Below the pieces are notes generated by a model. That model searched no databases. It was not told the DNA's origin and saw nothing but the letters and a program-made list of their open reading frames with translations. Of a DNA stretch of 45,284 nucleotides, positions 36,333 through 45,284 are shown piece by piece; the first letter of the stretch is position 1, and every line of letters starts with the position of its first letter. The position numbers were made by a program, and so were the translations under genes. Source of the stretch: Octopus bimaculoides (taxonomy: Eukaryota); contig NC_068981.1 of assembly GCF_001194135.2 (NCBI RefSeq), forward strand, positions 164,631,382-164,676,665. Reading direction: 5' to 3'.

Positions 36333-36408
<76 letters not shown>
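36322..36408. repeat. (AGAC)n-(AGAT)n microsatellite
   Basis: Directly visible. Confidence 0.97.
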
Positions 36409-36426
36409 TGCTTTAACACACAACTC

Positions 36427-37663
36427 TTGGGTTGGCCAGAAAGTAATTTCGTTTTTTTAGTGTGAAATTAAAGTTATTGTTTTTTTCATGCAAAGAGTGA
36501 ACTGTAATCAATTATGTATTTTCCATTTTGTTCGATGACTTTTGCCATCTTTCTGGCAACATCATGATTCCGCTCTTATAGAACTTCTGGTTCTTAGCCA
36601 AAAACTGAAGCATGTGCGATTTCAGGTCATCATCATCATTGAAAGTTTTACCATTCAAAGAATTTTGCAAACTTCGGAATAAATGGTAATCTGATGGTGC
36701 AAGGTCAGGGCTATATGGTGTATGTAACATCGCTTCCCAACGAAGTTCCAATAATTTTTCACGAGTTAGCAAAGACGTGTGTGGTATAGCGTTGTCATGG
36801 TGAAACACGATTGCTTTACGATTTGCCAATTCTGGCCGTTTTACTTTGATTGCTTCCTCCAGTTTCACTAGTTGTTGACGGTAAACATCTGAATTGATTG
36901 TTTGGTTCCTTGAAAGCAGCTCAAAATATACGACACCTTTGTAATCCCAATTTGCAGCATGACCTTTTTTGATGCAATTCAGCTTTCAATGCGTTTTGTA
37001 CTGGTTCATTACGCTTGGACCACGATCGTTTTCGATTGCTGTTATTGTAGACAATCCATTTTTCATCACCAGTGATAATTTGTTTCAAAAAAGGTCGATT
37101 TCATTGCGTTCATGATGCATATTGATTCCTTGTGTTAAGTGAATCTCTTTCAAATTATGTGGAATCCAAATATCGAGCTTAGCGAGTCCAAGACATTTTA
37201 AATGATTTTCAATCGTTGTATGTGATACATTTAACCTCTCTGCAAACTCTCGCACAGTTATATGACAATCAGATTCAATTATGGCTTCGATTCGGTCATC
37301 ATCAACTTCAGTAGATCGACCAGAACGGAATTTTTTGAACTGTTTCTGATATGTGCGTTCTGTTAAGCACTCAATACCATAAACTTCACATATCTCTTTG
37401 TGAGCCTCAGCAGCTTTCTTTGCCTTTACAGAAATGAAAAAGCGAAATATGGCGAAAACGTTTGTTTTTACTCTACATGTTAAAATTGACACTGAACTAA
37501 CAGCTGTAAATAAAATTATGTGCAATTTGCTTCTAAAGTAATCTAAAAGTAACGGCTATCAAATGTCAAAAGGAAAAAATCATAACATTGACAGAAGTCA
37601 TTAAAAAAAAAATCGTAACTCTATCTATTTGCGAGAAACGAAATTACTTTCTTGCCGACCCAA
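36427..37663 (-). mobile_element. Mariner (DD34D) DNA transposon, near full length, with degraded transposase
   Basis: TIRs of about 28 bp: TTGGGTTGGCCAGAAAGTAATTTCGTTT at 36427 and AAACGAAATTACTTTCTTGCCGACCCAA ending 37663, followed by TA (left TA decayed to TC). Minus-strand translation shows mariner motifs WIPHNL (WVPHEL), FHHDNAIPH and YSPDLAPSDYHLF. Confidence 0.96.
36490..37478 (-). pseudogene. Mariner transposase pseudogene
   Basis: ATG at 37478 is followed immediately by TAG, then a frameshift in the HTH region. ORFs 37085-37525 and 36512-36868 carry the HTH/WVPHEL and catalytic segments in different frames. Confidence 0.93.
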
Positions 37664-37887
37664 TAAAATATTTTTAAACAAAGAAAATAACGAAGATTTA
37701 CTGTCTTTAAATAGTAACCTAACACGATTCAAAAGGAATAATAACCGAACTAGATCTTAAACTATTTCAAACCCATTGCCATCTACATTCTGCAATGAAG
37801 AATATTGAAAATATTGGATTTACTTGCAATATTTCTTCTTGCTTACTAATAGAAAAACAACATTCAGTTAAAACGAGCCAACGGGAG

Positions 37888-37920
<33 letters not shown>

Positions 37921-37935
37921 TTTCTTTTTTGACAG

Positions 37936-38070
37936 CCGATCGTCTTGTTTGACTGCGAGAAATATATCCCAAATTTGTCTCAAACCACACCTCAGCCTGA
38001 AAAAATATCGAAAACATTCGATAATGTAGCCTACAGTGCATCGCCATCGTTTTCGAATGAGATGCAATGA
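37936..38070 (+). CDS. Candidate terminal coding exon of an unidentified gene
   Basis: More than 40-nt poly-T/pyrimidine tract then GACAG acceptor; phase-0 frame open for 44 codons, PIVLFDCEKYIPNLSQTTPQPEKISKTFDNVAYSASPSFSNEMQ, then TGA. No homology recognised. Confidence 0.35.
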   Translation, partial: PIVLFDCEKYIPNLSQTTPQPEKISKTFDNVAYSASPSFSNEMQ

Positions 38071-38339
38071 TCAACGCTTTGATCGTAGGGTTTGCTAAGT
38101 CGGGCTGGTCTGAGTATAAATAACTGCAATAACAAGCTTTCGTTAAAATGCACGATCAACCGAAATGCATTTTACTTGAAATATTGACGCCGACTGAACA
38201 GAAACGTTTTGCGTTTAAACCACATCGAACCTGACTGTCTATTGTTTCTGAAGGGAGAACAATATTTAATACGGCAGGTCATGTAGGTCTACTAAAGACA
38301 TGAATGTCCGAGCTATTTTGCTTTACAATTTCCTTTCCT

Positions 38340-38441
38340 CTCTGCAGTTCTTGTTCATGTTCTCTCCCTCTTCTTTCTCTCTCCCTTTCCTCCTTCTTCC
38401 TCCCCTTTCTCTCTCTCTCCCTCCTCATCTCTCTCCGTCTG

Positions 38442-38489
<48 letters not shown>

Positions 38490-38510
38490 TCTCTCTCCCT
38501 CTCTTTCTCT
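38340..38510. repeat. CT-rich polypyrimidine tract / (CT)n
   Basis: Directly visible. Confidence 0.95.
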
Positions 38511-39599
38511 TTGGAAATCTTTTTCCCATATCCATCTCGGAGATGCTGCGCTGTGTGTGCAGTTCCACAGAGAGTTTTACAATAACAAGAGAACATAACC
38601 TGGAGCATTATAATTGCATTATTGCTTTCGCTATATTCATTAATCTAATCACAAACGACTTTCGGTTAAAGAAACCTGATACAAGACCTTAATATATCAA
38701 TTATCCAATCAAACCTGAGGAGCACGTATAAAGCTACGTATCACTTTTTCGCTTGAAACCTAAAATCTTCTCAGGCTTCTTCGCTCGCTGAGTCATAAAA
38801 CTAACGAGATATTTTTTTACTCTCTTTAACTCTTTCATTCCCTTCCACACACTCTCTCTTTCTCTCTCTCTTTCTCTCCTTCTCTATTTTCTTTTCTTTT
38901 CGATGTATTTTTCGTTTAATTTATGTATTTATTATTATTCTTTTTAACGATTTTCTCCTCTTTTTATTACGATGCCGGGGAAATAAAGCTCCTTAAAAGT
39001 CACCGTTGTCCAACGATGATATAAAATGCAGAATTCATTTAACTATCGCAAAAACGAAAAAGCAAACAAGAAGAATACGAACACCCACCCACCTATCTAC
39101 TCATCTGTTCATACGGATGAGGAGAGAAGATTAAAGAAGATTAATACAAAAATCAACAACAAAATCATTAGCTACAGAAAGAGACTTTTTCAAGGACACC
39201 GTTGCCAAATATATGATAGTTATTTTTATGGTTCGGCCATGCACCAAATAAAATATATATAACCTGAAGCTATTCTGTTCTATAATCAAATAACACAATC
39301 ATAACAAAACAAGAAAAATAAAATTAAAAAATAAAGTAGAGGAAGGCAAAAAAAAAAAACAAGACTTTAAAATAAACTTAATTTCATTGTTGTTTGCGTT
39401 TTTTTTCCCCCTATATATTTCTTATCGTCATCAACGATTCCTTTCATTGTATTCCTGTTGTTTTTGTTGTTAGTTATTGTCGCTATTGTCAACGCTGTCG
39501 TTAAAACAGAATTATTTCGTGGAAGCAAGACAATCAAATAACTCTAAGAATCACAGGTTGTGGCTTCTATATCTCTAGCACCACCGATATGCTAACCTA

Positions 39600-39837
39600 T
39601 ATGTAAAAGACTGGAAGAACCACCTCCACGCCCTATCTGTGCGCTCAAACTGCAAGAAATAGTGCTTTAAATCTCTCTCATATAATATTCTGCTGTCTTT
39701 TTTTCTTAACAAAAGTGTTGAGACATATTAGCTAATGTAGTTTGATGAATATTACGTCTGAAAAGACGTTATGGTTATAGTCTTTGATCTTAAGTTTATT
39801 CGATCAGGGTTGACTTAAGGTTAAATATGTACAACGA
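39600..39837 (+). mobile_element. Family D repeat 3' portion
   Basis: ctgcaagaaatagtgctttaaatctctctca...gatcagggttgacttaaggttaaatatgtacaac. Confidence 0.45.
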
Positions 39838-39844
39838 GTTCACA

Positions 39845-39940
39845 TCACAGCCACGTGGATGGTTCTAGCCTGATTACCGTACGTAGTACGTACTTTAAGC
39901 AAGTGTCTTCTATCGTGACTTCAGGTGTATCAGAGCCGTG
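39845..39940 (+). mobile_element. Degenerate SINE family B head
   Basis: ccacgtggatggttc...aagcaagtgtcttctatcg followed by the family-typical GT/TA microsatellite. Confidence 0.5.
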
Positions 39941-40014
39941 TGTGTTTGTTTGCGTATGGGTGTGTGTGTGTATGTATGTATGTATGTATGTATGTATGCA
40001 TACATGCATGCATG

Positions 40015-40048
<34 letters not shown>

Positions 40049-41449
40049 NNNNNNNNNNNNNNNNNNNNNNNNNNNNNNNNNNNNNNNNNNNNNNNNNNNN
40101 NNNNNNNNNNNNNNNNNNNNNNNNNNNNNNNNNNNNNNNNNNNNNNNNNNNNNNNNNNNNNNNNNNNNNNNNNNNNNNNNNNNNNNNNNNNNNNNNNNNN
40201 NNNNNNNNNNNNNNNNNNNNNNNNNNNNNNNNNNNNNNNNNNNNNNNNNNNNNNNNNNNNNNNNNNNNNNNNNNNNNNNNNNNNNNNNNNNNNNNNNNNN
40301 NNNNNNNNNNNNNNNNNNNNNNNNNNNNNNNNNNNNNNNNNNNNNNNNNNNNNNNNNNNNNNNNNNNNNNNNNNNNNNNNNNNNNNNNNNNNNNNNNNNN
40401 NNNNNNNNNNNNNNNNNNNNNNNNNNNNNNNNNNNNNNNNNNNNNNNNNNNNNNNNNNNNNNNNNNNNNNNNNNNNNNNNNNNNNNNNNNNNNNNNNNNN
40501 NNNNNNNNNNNNNNNNNNNNNNNNNNNNNNNNNNNNNNNNNNNNNNNNNNNNNNNNNNNNNNNNNNNNNNNNNNNNNNNNNNNNNNNNNNNNNNNNNNNN
40601 NNNNNNNNNNNNNNNNNNNNNNNNNNNNNNNNNNNNNNNNNNNNNNNNNNNNNNNNNNNNNNNNNNNNNNNNNNNNNNNNNNNNNNNNNNNNNNNNNNNN
40701 NNNNNNNNNNNNNNNNNNNNNNNNNNNNNNNNNNNNNNNNNNNNNNNNNNNNNNNNNNNNNNNNNNNNNNNNNNNNNNNNNNNNNNNNNNNNNNNNNNNN
40801 NNNNNNNNNNNNNNNNNNNNNNNNNNNNNNNNNNNNNNNNNNNNNNNNNNNNNNNNNNNNNNNNNNNNNNNNNNNNNNNNNNNNNNNNNNNNNNNNNNNN
40901 NNNNNNNNNNNNNNNNNNNNNNNNNNNNNNNNNNNNNNNNNNNNNNNNNNNNNNNNNNNNNNNNNNNNNNNNNNNNNNNNNNNNNNNNNNNNNNNNNNNN
41001 NNNCTCCATTTATTCATGTAGTGAGAACACCACAGAAAATACAATGAAAATGTACTCCACAGCTGCATAATGGAATTTCATTTTAGAAAGTCATTTTGAA
41101 GATGGTTGCAAAAAACAAGAGTAAGAGAAGAAAACACATCTCGACTATGCTGCTATAACCTATTGAATATTTGTTGCTTAACTTCAAATTTTATTCACCA
41201 AATCTCTTGACTTTGTTCTTGGTTTTTATCCTACCAAATTCTGGTGCCTCAAACATTTTAAGTACCACATTTAATCTTTTGATTAAATCTATATATATAC
41301 ATATACAACAACTGGAGCAAAAAACACATACAGGAGTGGTGATGTGAAATGCCCCAGTCTGAAGAAATCAGAAAGACAACGGCAGTGCTCCAGCATGACA
41401 CCGCAGCTGCATGGCTGAAACGAGTAAAAGAATAAAGGAATGTATGTGT

Positions 41450-41770
41450 GTGTAACGACCCTCCATGTTTGTTTTCGTTCGGTTTCCTTGTATGCTTCCA
41501 CTGTCCTGTTTTTGTTCCCAAATTTGACTCTCCATAAATCCAAAATTTTGCTTTGGTATTTACAGGAGCAACTGTCTTCGAAGACTTATATTGTCGCTGA
41601 TTGCTCGAAATGAGGAGTGGATAGACAGACGACAACTGATGAAGGATCATTCTGTGTATTATATGTCGTTTTCCATTTCTTTTTATCTCACGTTGTTTGC
41701 GTATTTGACTCGTTTGTTTTCGTATTTCATTTTGTTTACTGTTGGTGATGTCCTGTACCTATATATATAT
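41450..41770 (+). repeat. Dispersed repeat copy (possibly Penelope-derived terminal repeat)
   Basis: Collinear with 44930-45230: cactgtcctgttt, ggagcaactgt, tgctcgaaatg, caactgatgaagg, gttttccatttct, (c/t)gtcctgt(a/g)cc. Confidence 0.75.
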
Positions 41771-42060
41771 NNNNNNNNNNNNNNNNNNNNNNNNNNNNNN
41801 NNNNNNNNNNNNNNNNNNNNNNNNNNNNNNNNNNNNNNNNNNNNNNNNNNNNNNNNNNNNNNNNNNNNNNNNNNNNNNNNNNNNNNNNNNNNNNNNNNNN
41901 NNNNNNNNNNNNNNNNNNNNNNNNNNNNNNNNNNNNNNNNNNNNNNNNNNNNNNNNNNNNNNNNNNNNNNNNNNNNNNNNNNNNNNNNNNNNNNNNNNNN
42001 NNNNNNNNNNNNNNNNNNNNNNNNNNNNNNNNNNNNNNNNNNNNNNNNTATATATATATA

Positions 42061-42432
42061 TATATGCATATATACATACATGTGTACATACCTACATATA
42101 TATGTATATGTACATGCACATACGGGTACAGGATATTAAAAAAAAACGTGAACAAAATGAGAAACGAGAACATAAAAAAACAAGAACATGGAAAACGAAC
42201 GTTTTTATTTTTTTATTTTCGAACAACGAAAGAAACAAATAGAGAAACGAGACAGGCAACATATTTGCTTCATTCGTTGTTCGAAAAATAAAGTTCATTT
42301 TTCATGGTATTGTTTCTTATGTTCTCGTTTCTCTTTTTGTTCACGTTTTCTTGACGTCCTGTACCTATACGTGTATGTATATATACATATATATGTAGGT
42401 ATGTACATATATGTATGTATATATGCATATAT
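42061..42432. repeat. Foldback of two inverted copies of the local dispersed repeat
   Basis: Arms about 42061-42241 and 42262-42432 (e.g. aaacgtgaacaaaatgagaaacgagaacata vs tatgttctcgtttctctttttgttcacgttt); about 20-nt spacer. Confidence 0.88.
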
Positions 42433-42733
42433 TTATATATTATTTATATTATTTATTTAATTATATGATCAAACGCCACGCATCTATTTCCAAGTATATA
42501 TATATATATATTGTAATAATGAAGTTAAATCAAACGATAATATTTTTAAGTTACTATAAAGTCATTTAATACGTACGTTTCAGATTTGCATAACATATAA
42601 TTAGAAATGCATGTTTTCAAAACATGAAGCGATAGGTGGAAATATTTTAATATATATGGTCAGAACAGTAAATCGGCTTCTAAGTTGGGCGGATGGATAT
42701 GAAGATAGAGGCGAGAGAAAGAAGAGATAGTTA

Positions 42734-43533
42734 AACGCCGAATAATGCGTTAATTTTGGGGCTGAAGTCACCTTATATGGGAGTTCCAGCGTCCATAACA
42801 GAAGGCTCTCATTGGCACGATTTATGACTGTGCTTTTATGCACCAAGTGCCGGTATGAGAGGATCTCACAGAGCTAATAACAATTTATTCGGCGTTATAA
42901 CAAGAGATCTACGTTAAGGTGGATAACGGGATTGTTCTTTGATACTAATACAGATTTCGTTGCTAATAATTAACTTTGATACTTTTTGGTTATTTCACCC
43001 CCATTAAAAATGGGTTATCTCCCCACGTTTTATGAGAAATACTGGTACTTTATGTCATCTCCCTCAACTAAAAAAATTGTTCAACCCTCAACAAAAAAAA
43101 AGTGAAAACATAAAACATCTTATTGAATCTGATAATATTTTTTATAACAAATCATACAAAACTGAAAAGATTAATAAACATGAAAACTGAAAAAATTAAA
43201 CATCCTATTGAATCTGATAACATTTTTATAACAAATCATAGCATGCCTATTGAGGAGGCCAAAAGTCAACAATGTGAAATAATCAAAAAGTACCTTAATT
43301 TTTTATAAGCGACATCAGTGTCTGGAAAGATGCTGATATTCTATATATCGTGGCAGCGAGATTTATTTGGTATTCAGTAACTGGACGCCTCCTACTGATG
43401 ATCTCCAATTAATTGAAATCACTTGATATGGGAGTTTCGACATCATTAACAGACGATACTCGTTTACTACAATTTATGTCTGGTCTTTTATGCACCATGC
43501 GCTTATATGGCAGGATCTCTCAAGGTCAATAAC
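42734..43533 (+). repeat. Diverged direct repeat pair (42734-42881 and 43385-43533)
   Basis: gaagtcaccttatatgggagttcc vs gaaatcacttgatatgggagtttc; ttttatgcaccaagtgccggtatgagaggatctcacagagctaataac vs ttttatgcaccatgcgcttatatggcaggatctctcaaggtcaataac. Confidence 0.7.
43389..43434 (+). ncRNA. Type I hammerhead-like motif with defective helix II
   Basis: Helix I CTCCTA/TGGGAG (one G-U); CTGATGA 43395-43401; GAAA 43415-43418; helix III ATC-actt-GAT; cleavage triplet AUA. The 13-nt helix II region lacks its pairing strand. Confidence 0.5.
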
Positions 43534-44069
43534 GCAGTTTTAGAATACATATACATATATACAAACATCCGCGCATATAAGAACTTATGTGTGTGTGCGC
43601 GCTTGCGTGAATATGTGAGTGCATACGTGTGTGTGTATGCACGTGCGTGTGTGTGTATGCACGTGCGTGTGTGTGTGTGTGTGACTATTTATTAACCTTC
43701 AGACTTTGAATGCACTGGAATAGTAAAGCGACCTTCTGAGAATCCGAATTCCTTTACCAGACTGCGGACATGCTGAAATAGTGTCACGGATGACTGGAAC
43801 GATCCTATACTGGTCAGTTTTCATTCTGGTCTGGTGCTAAGTTTATTGAACTCCATTCGTTGAATCGATAATTTACAGGATATGAACGTGGACAACCGCT
43901 CAACCAGTGAAAACAAGACAGACGGGGACAGAAATATACCTATCTGCATATATGCATAGAAGAATACAAACTTATACGCATACGCGCTCACCCCCCTCTC
44001 TCTCTCTCTCTCTCTCTCATAAAAGTTCACTCATATATATCTTGCAGCTATTTCAGCGTACTTTTTTGA

Positions 44070-45284
44070 TGTACACGTTTCGTGACGTCCTGTGCCCACA
44101 CATACATACCTATATATATATATATAGTGTGCATAAACACATAAGAGGAATCCACTCATGGGATTCCCTACGCTAGAATGAACAGCTACGTTCTAGAACC
44201 ACAAAAATTAGGGATAAAATTCTGAAAGGAACGAAATAAAAAAAATAAGATCATTTAGCATTTATTTTTTCATCTCGTTCCTTTCAGAATTTTATCCCTA
44301 ATTTTTGTGGTTCAAGAACCTAGCTGTTCTTTCTAGCGTAAGAAACCCCATGGATTCCTCTTATGTGTCTATACACTATATCTTAGTCTTTGGACTAAAT
44401 TTTTATACGCTAGACCACTGGTAGTGAAAATTTTTATTAATTTCCATTTCTCTTCGATATGATAATATATATATATATATATATANNNNNNNNNNNNNNN
44501 NNNNNNNNNNNNNNNNNNATATATACACGTATAGATGTAAGTTTGTACATATACGTATCTATATATGTATATATATTTTTATATACATATATTATTTATA
44601 TTATAATATGACTGAACGCCACTTATCGTCTTCCAAGTAAGTTTTATCTTAATTTTGATGCGCACTCAATACGATCTTTTTACTCTTTCATTTTCTCTCT
44701 TTTTCTCTCTCTTATTCTTTTACCTCCTCTTCTCCCACTATTGTATCCTGTTACTCTGTCACTCTCACTCCCTCACTCCTCCTCCCTTGCTCAAGTGGCT
44801 CGCAACGTGACCATCGGCCATCTTTCCTTCTTTCTCTCCGTTGTAGCTGGAACAAGGAAGACGTGTTCTTGTTTGTCTCCTGTCTTAGCATGATTTTCGC
44901 GTTCGCCACCACAACCTCGTTTAGGCTTAGCAGCCCTTCCAGTTGGCTTTCACTGTCCTGTTTGCGTTATCAATTTTGACAATCCACAAGATCCCAAATT
45001 TTATTTAATTTGCTTTGTGGGAGCAACTGTTGCGTATATTGTTGTTAAATGCTCGAAATGCGAGAGTAGAAAAAGAGCCTGCAACTGATGAAGGGTCGTT
45101 CTTTATGTTGTTTGCTTTGTTTTCCATTTCTGTCTTTTGTTGTTCGAAAGAACAGTTCATGTTCCATGTACTGTGCTTCGTACTTTTTTGTTACACACGT
45201 TTCATGACGTCCTGTGCCCACATATGCATATATATATATATTCATATAGATGTATGTACATATACGTATGTATATATGCATATA
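44070..45284 (+). repeat. Tandem/terminally repeated copy of the same dispersed repeat family, carrying the MITE insertion
   Basis: tgacgtcctgtgcccaca occurs at about 44083 and 45205; the segment ttat..atga....aacgccac...ttccaagt at about 44605-44638 matches 42460-42495. Confidence 0.65.
44122..44381. mobile_element. Foldback MITE-like element at a TA microsatellite
   Basis: Arms about 44122-44248 and 44262-44381 including a long perfect core gaaccacaaaaattagggataaaattctgaaaggaacga; ends TATAGTGT / ACACTATA. Confidence 0.85.

Noticed and set aside
2858-42242. Long ORFs in the supplied track (e.g. 2858-3970, 6235-7397, 29140-30371, 35724-36419, 39845-41070)
   Set aside because: They run through N gaps and microsatellites (YIYI, THTH, CVCV, RERE); not genes.
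43699-43900. GC-richer unique segment after a ccttcag acceptor
   Set aside because: All frames close within about 25 codons with no convincing donor or homology; could be UTR or regulatory but unsupported.
45015-45100. GAGCA...TGCTC-GAAA followed by CTGATGAAGG, also at about 41560-41645, as a permuted hammerhead
   Set aside because: The stem before GAAA lacks an upstream CUGANGA, the downstream CUGAUGA lacks a following GAAA, and I could not build helix I or III. The motifs are shared by both copies, so a covariance-model search is still worthwhile.

Overview
AT-rich, repeat-dense eukaryotic scaffold with many N gaps, most flanked by microsatellites. The SINE, LINE and Penelope sequences resemble those I associate with Octopus (coleoid cephalopod); this assignment is recognition, not a database result. 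No intact long CDS is present, and nearly all ORFs in the supplied track are microsatellite or N-gap artefacts. Recognisable content: a near full-length decayed mariner (36427-37663), a hAT/Buster transposase relic split by a SINE (about 23470-25370), L1/Tx1, RTE and Penelope-like fragments, about four tRNA-derived SINE-like families (one SINE nested in another), and four long foldback elements. Highlights: three hammerhead-ribozyme-like motifs of the Penelope-associated type I class (20647-20681 core intact; 34344-34385 helices perfect but core mutated; 43389-43434 with a decayed partner about 650 bp upstream), long hairpins that could form dsRNA/ADAR substrates, and short splice-site-bounded, phase-compatible segments suggesting a hidden multi-exon plus-strand host gene (low confidence).
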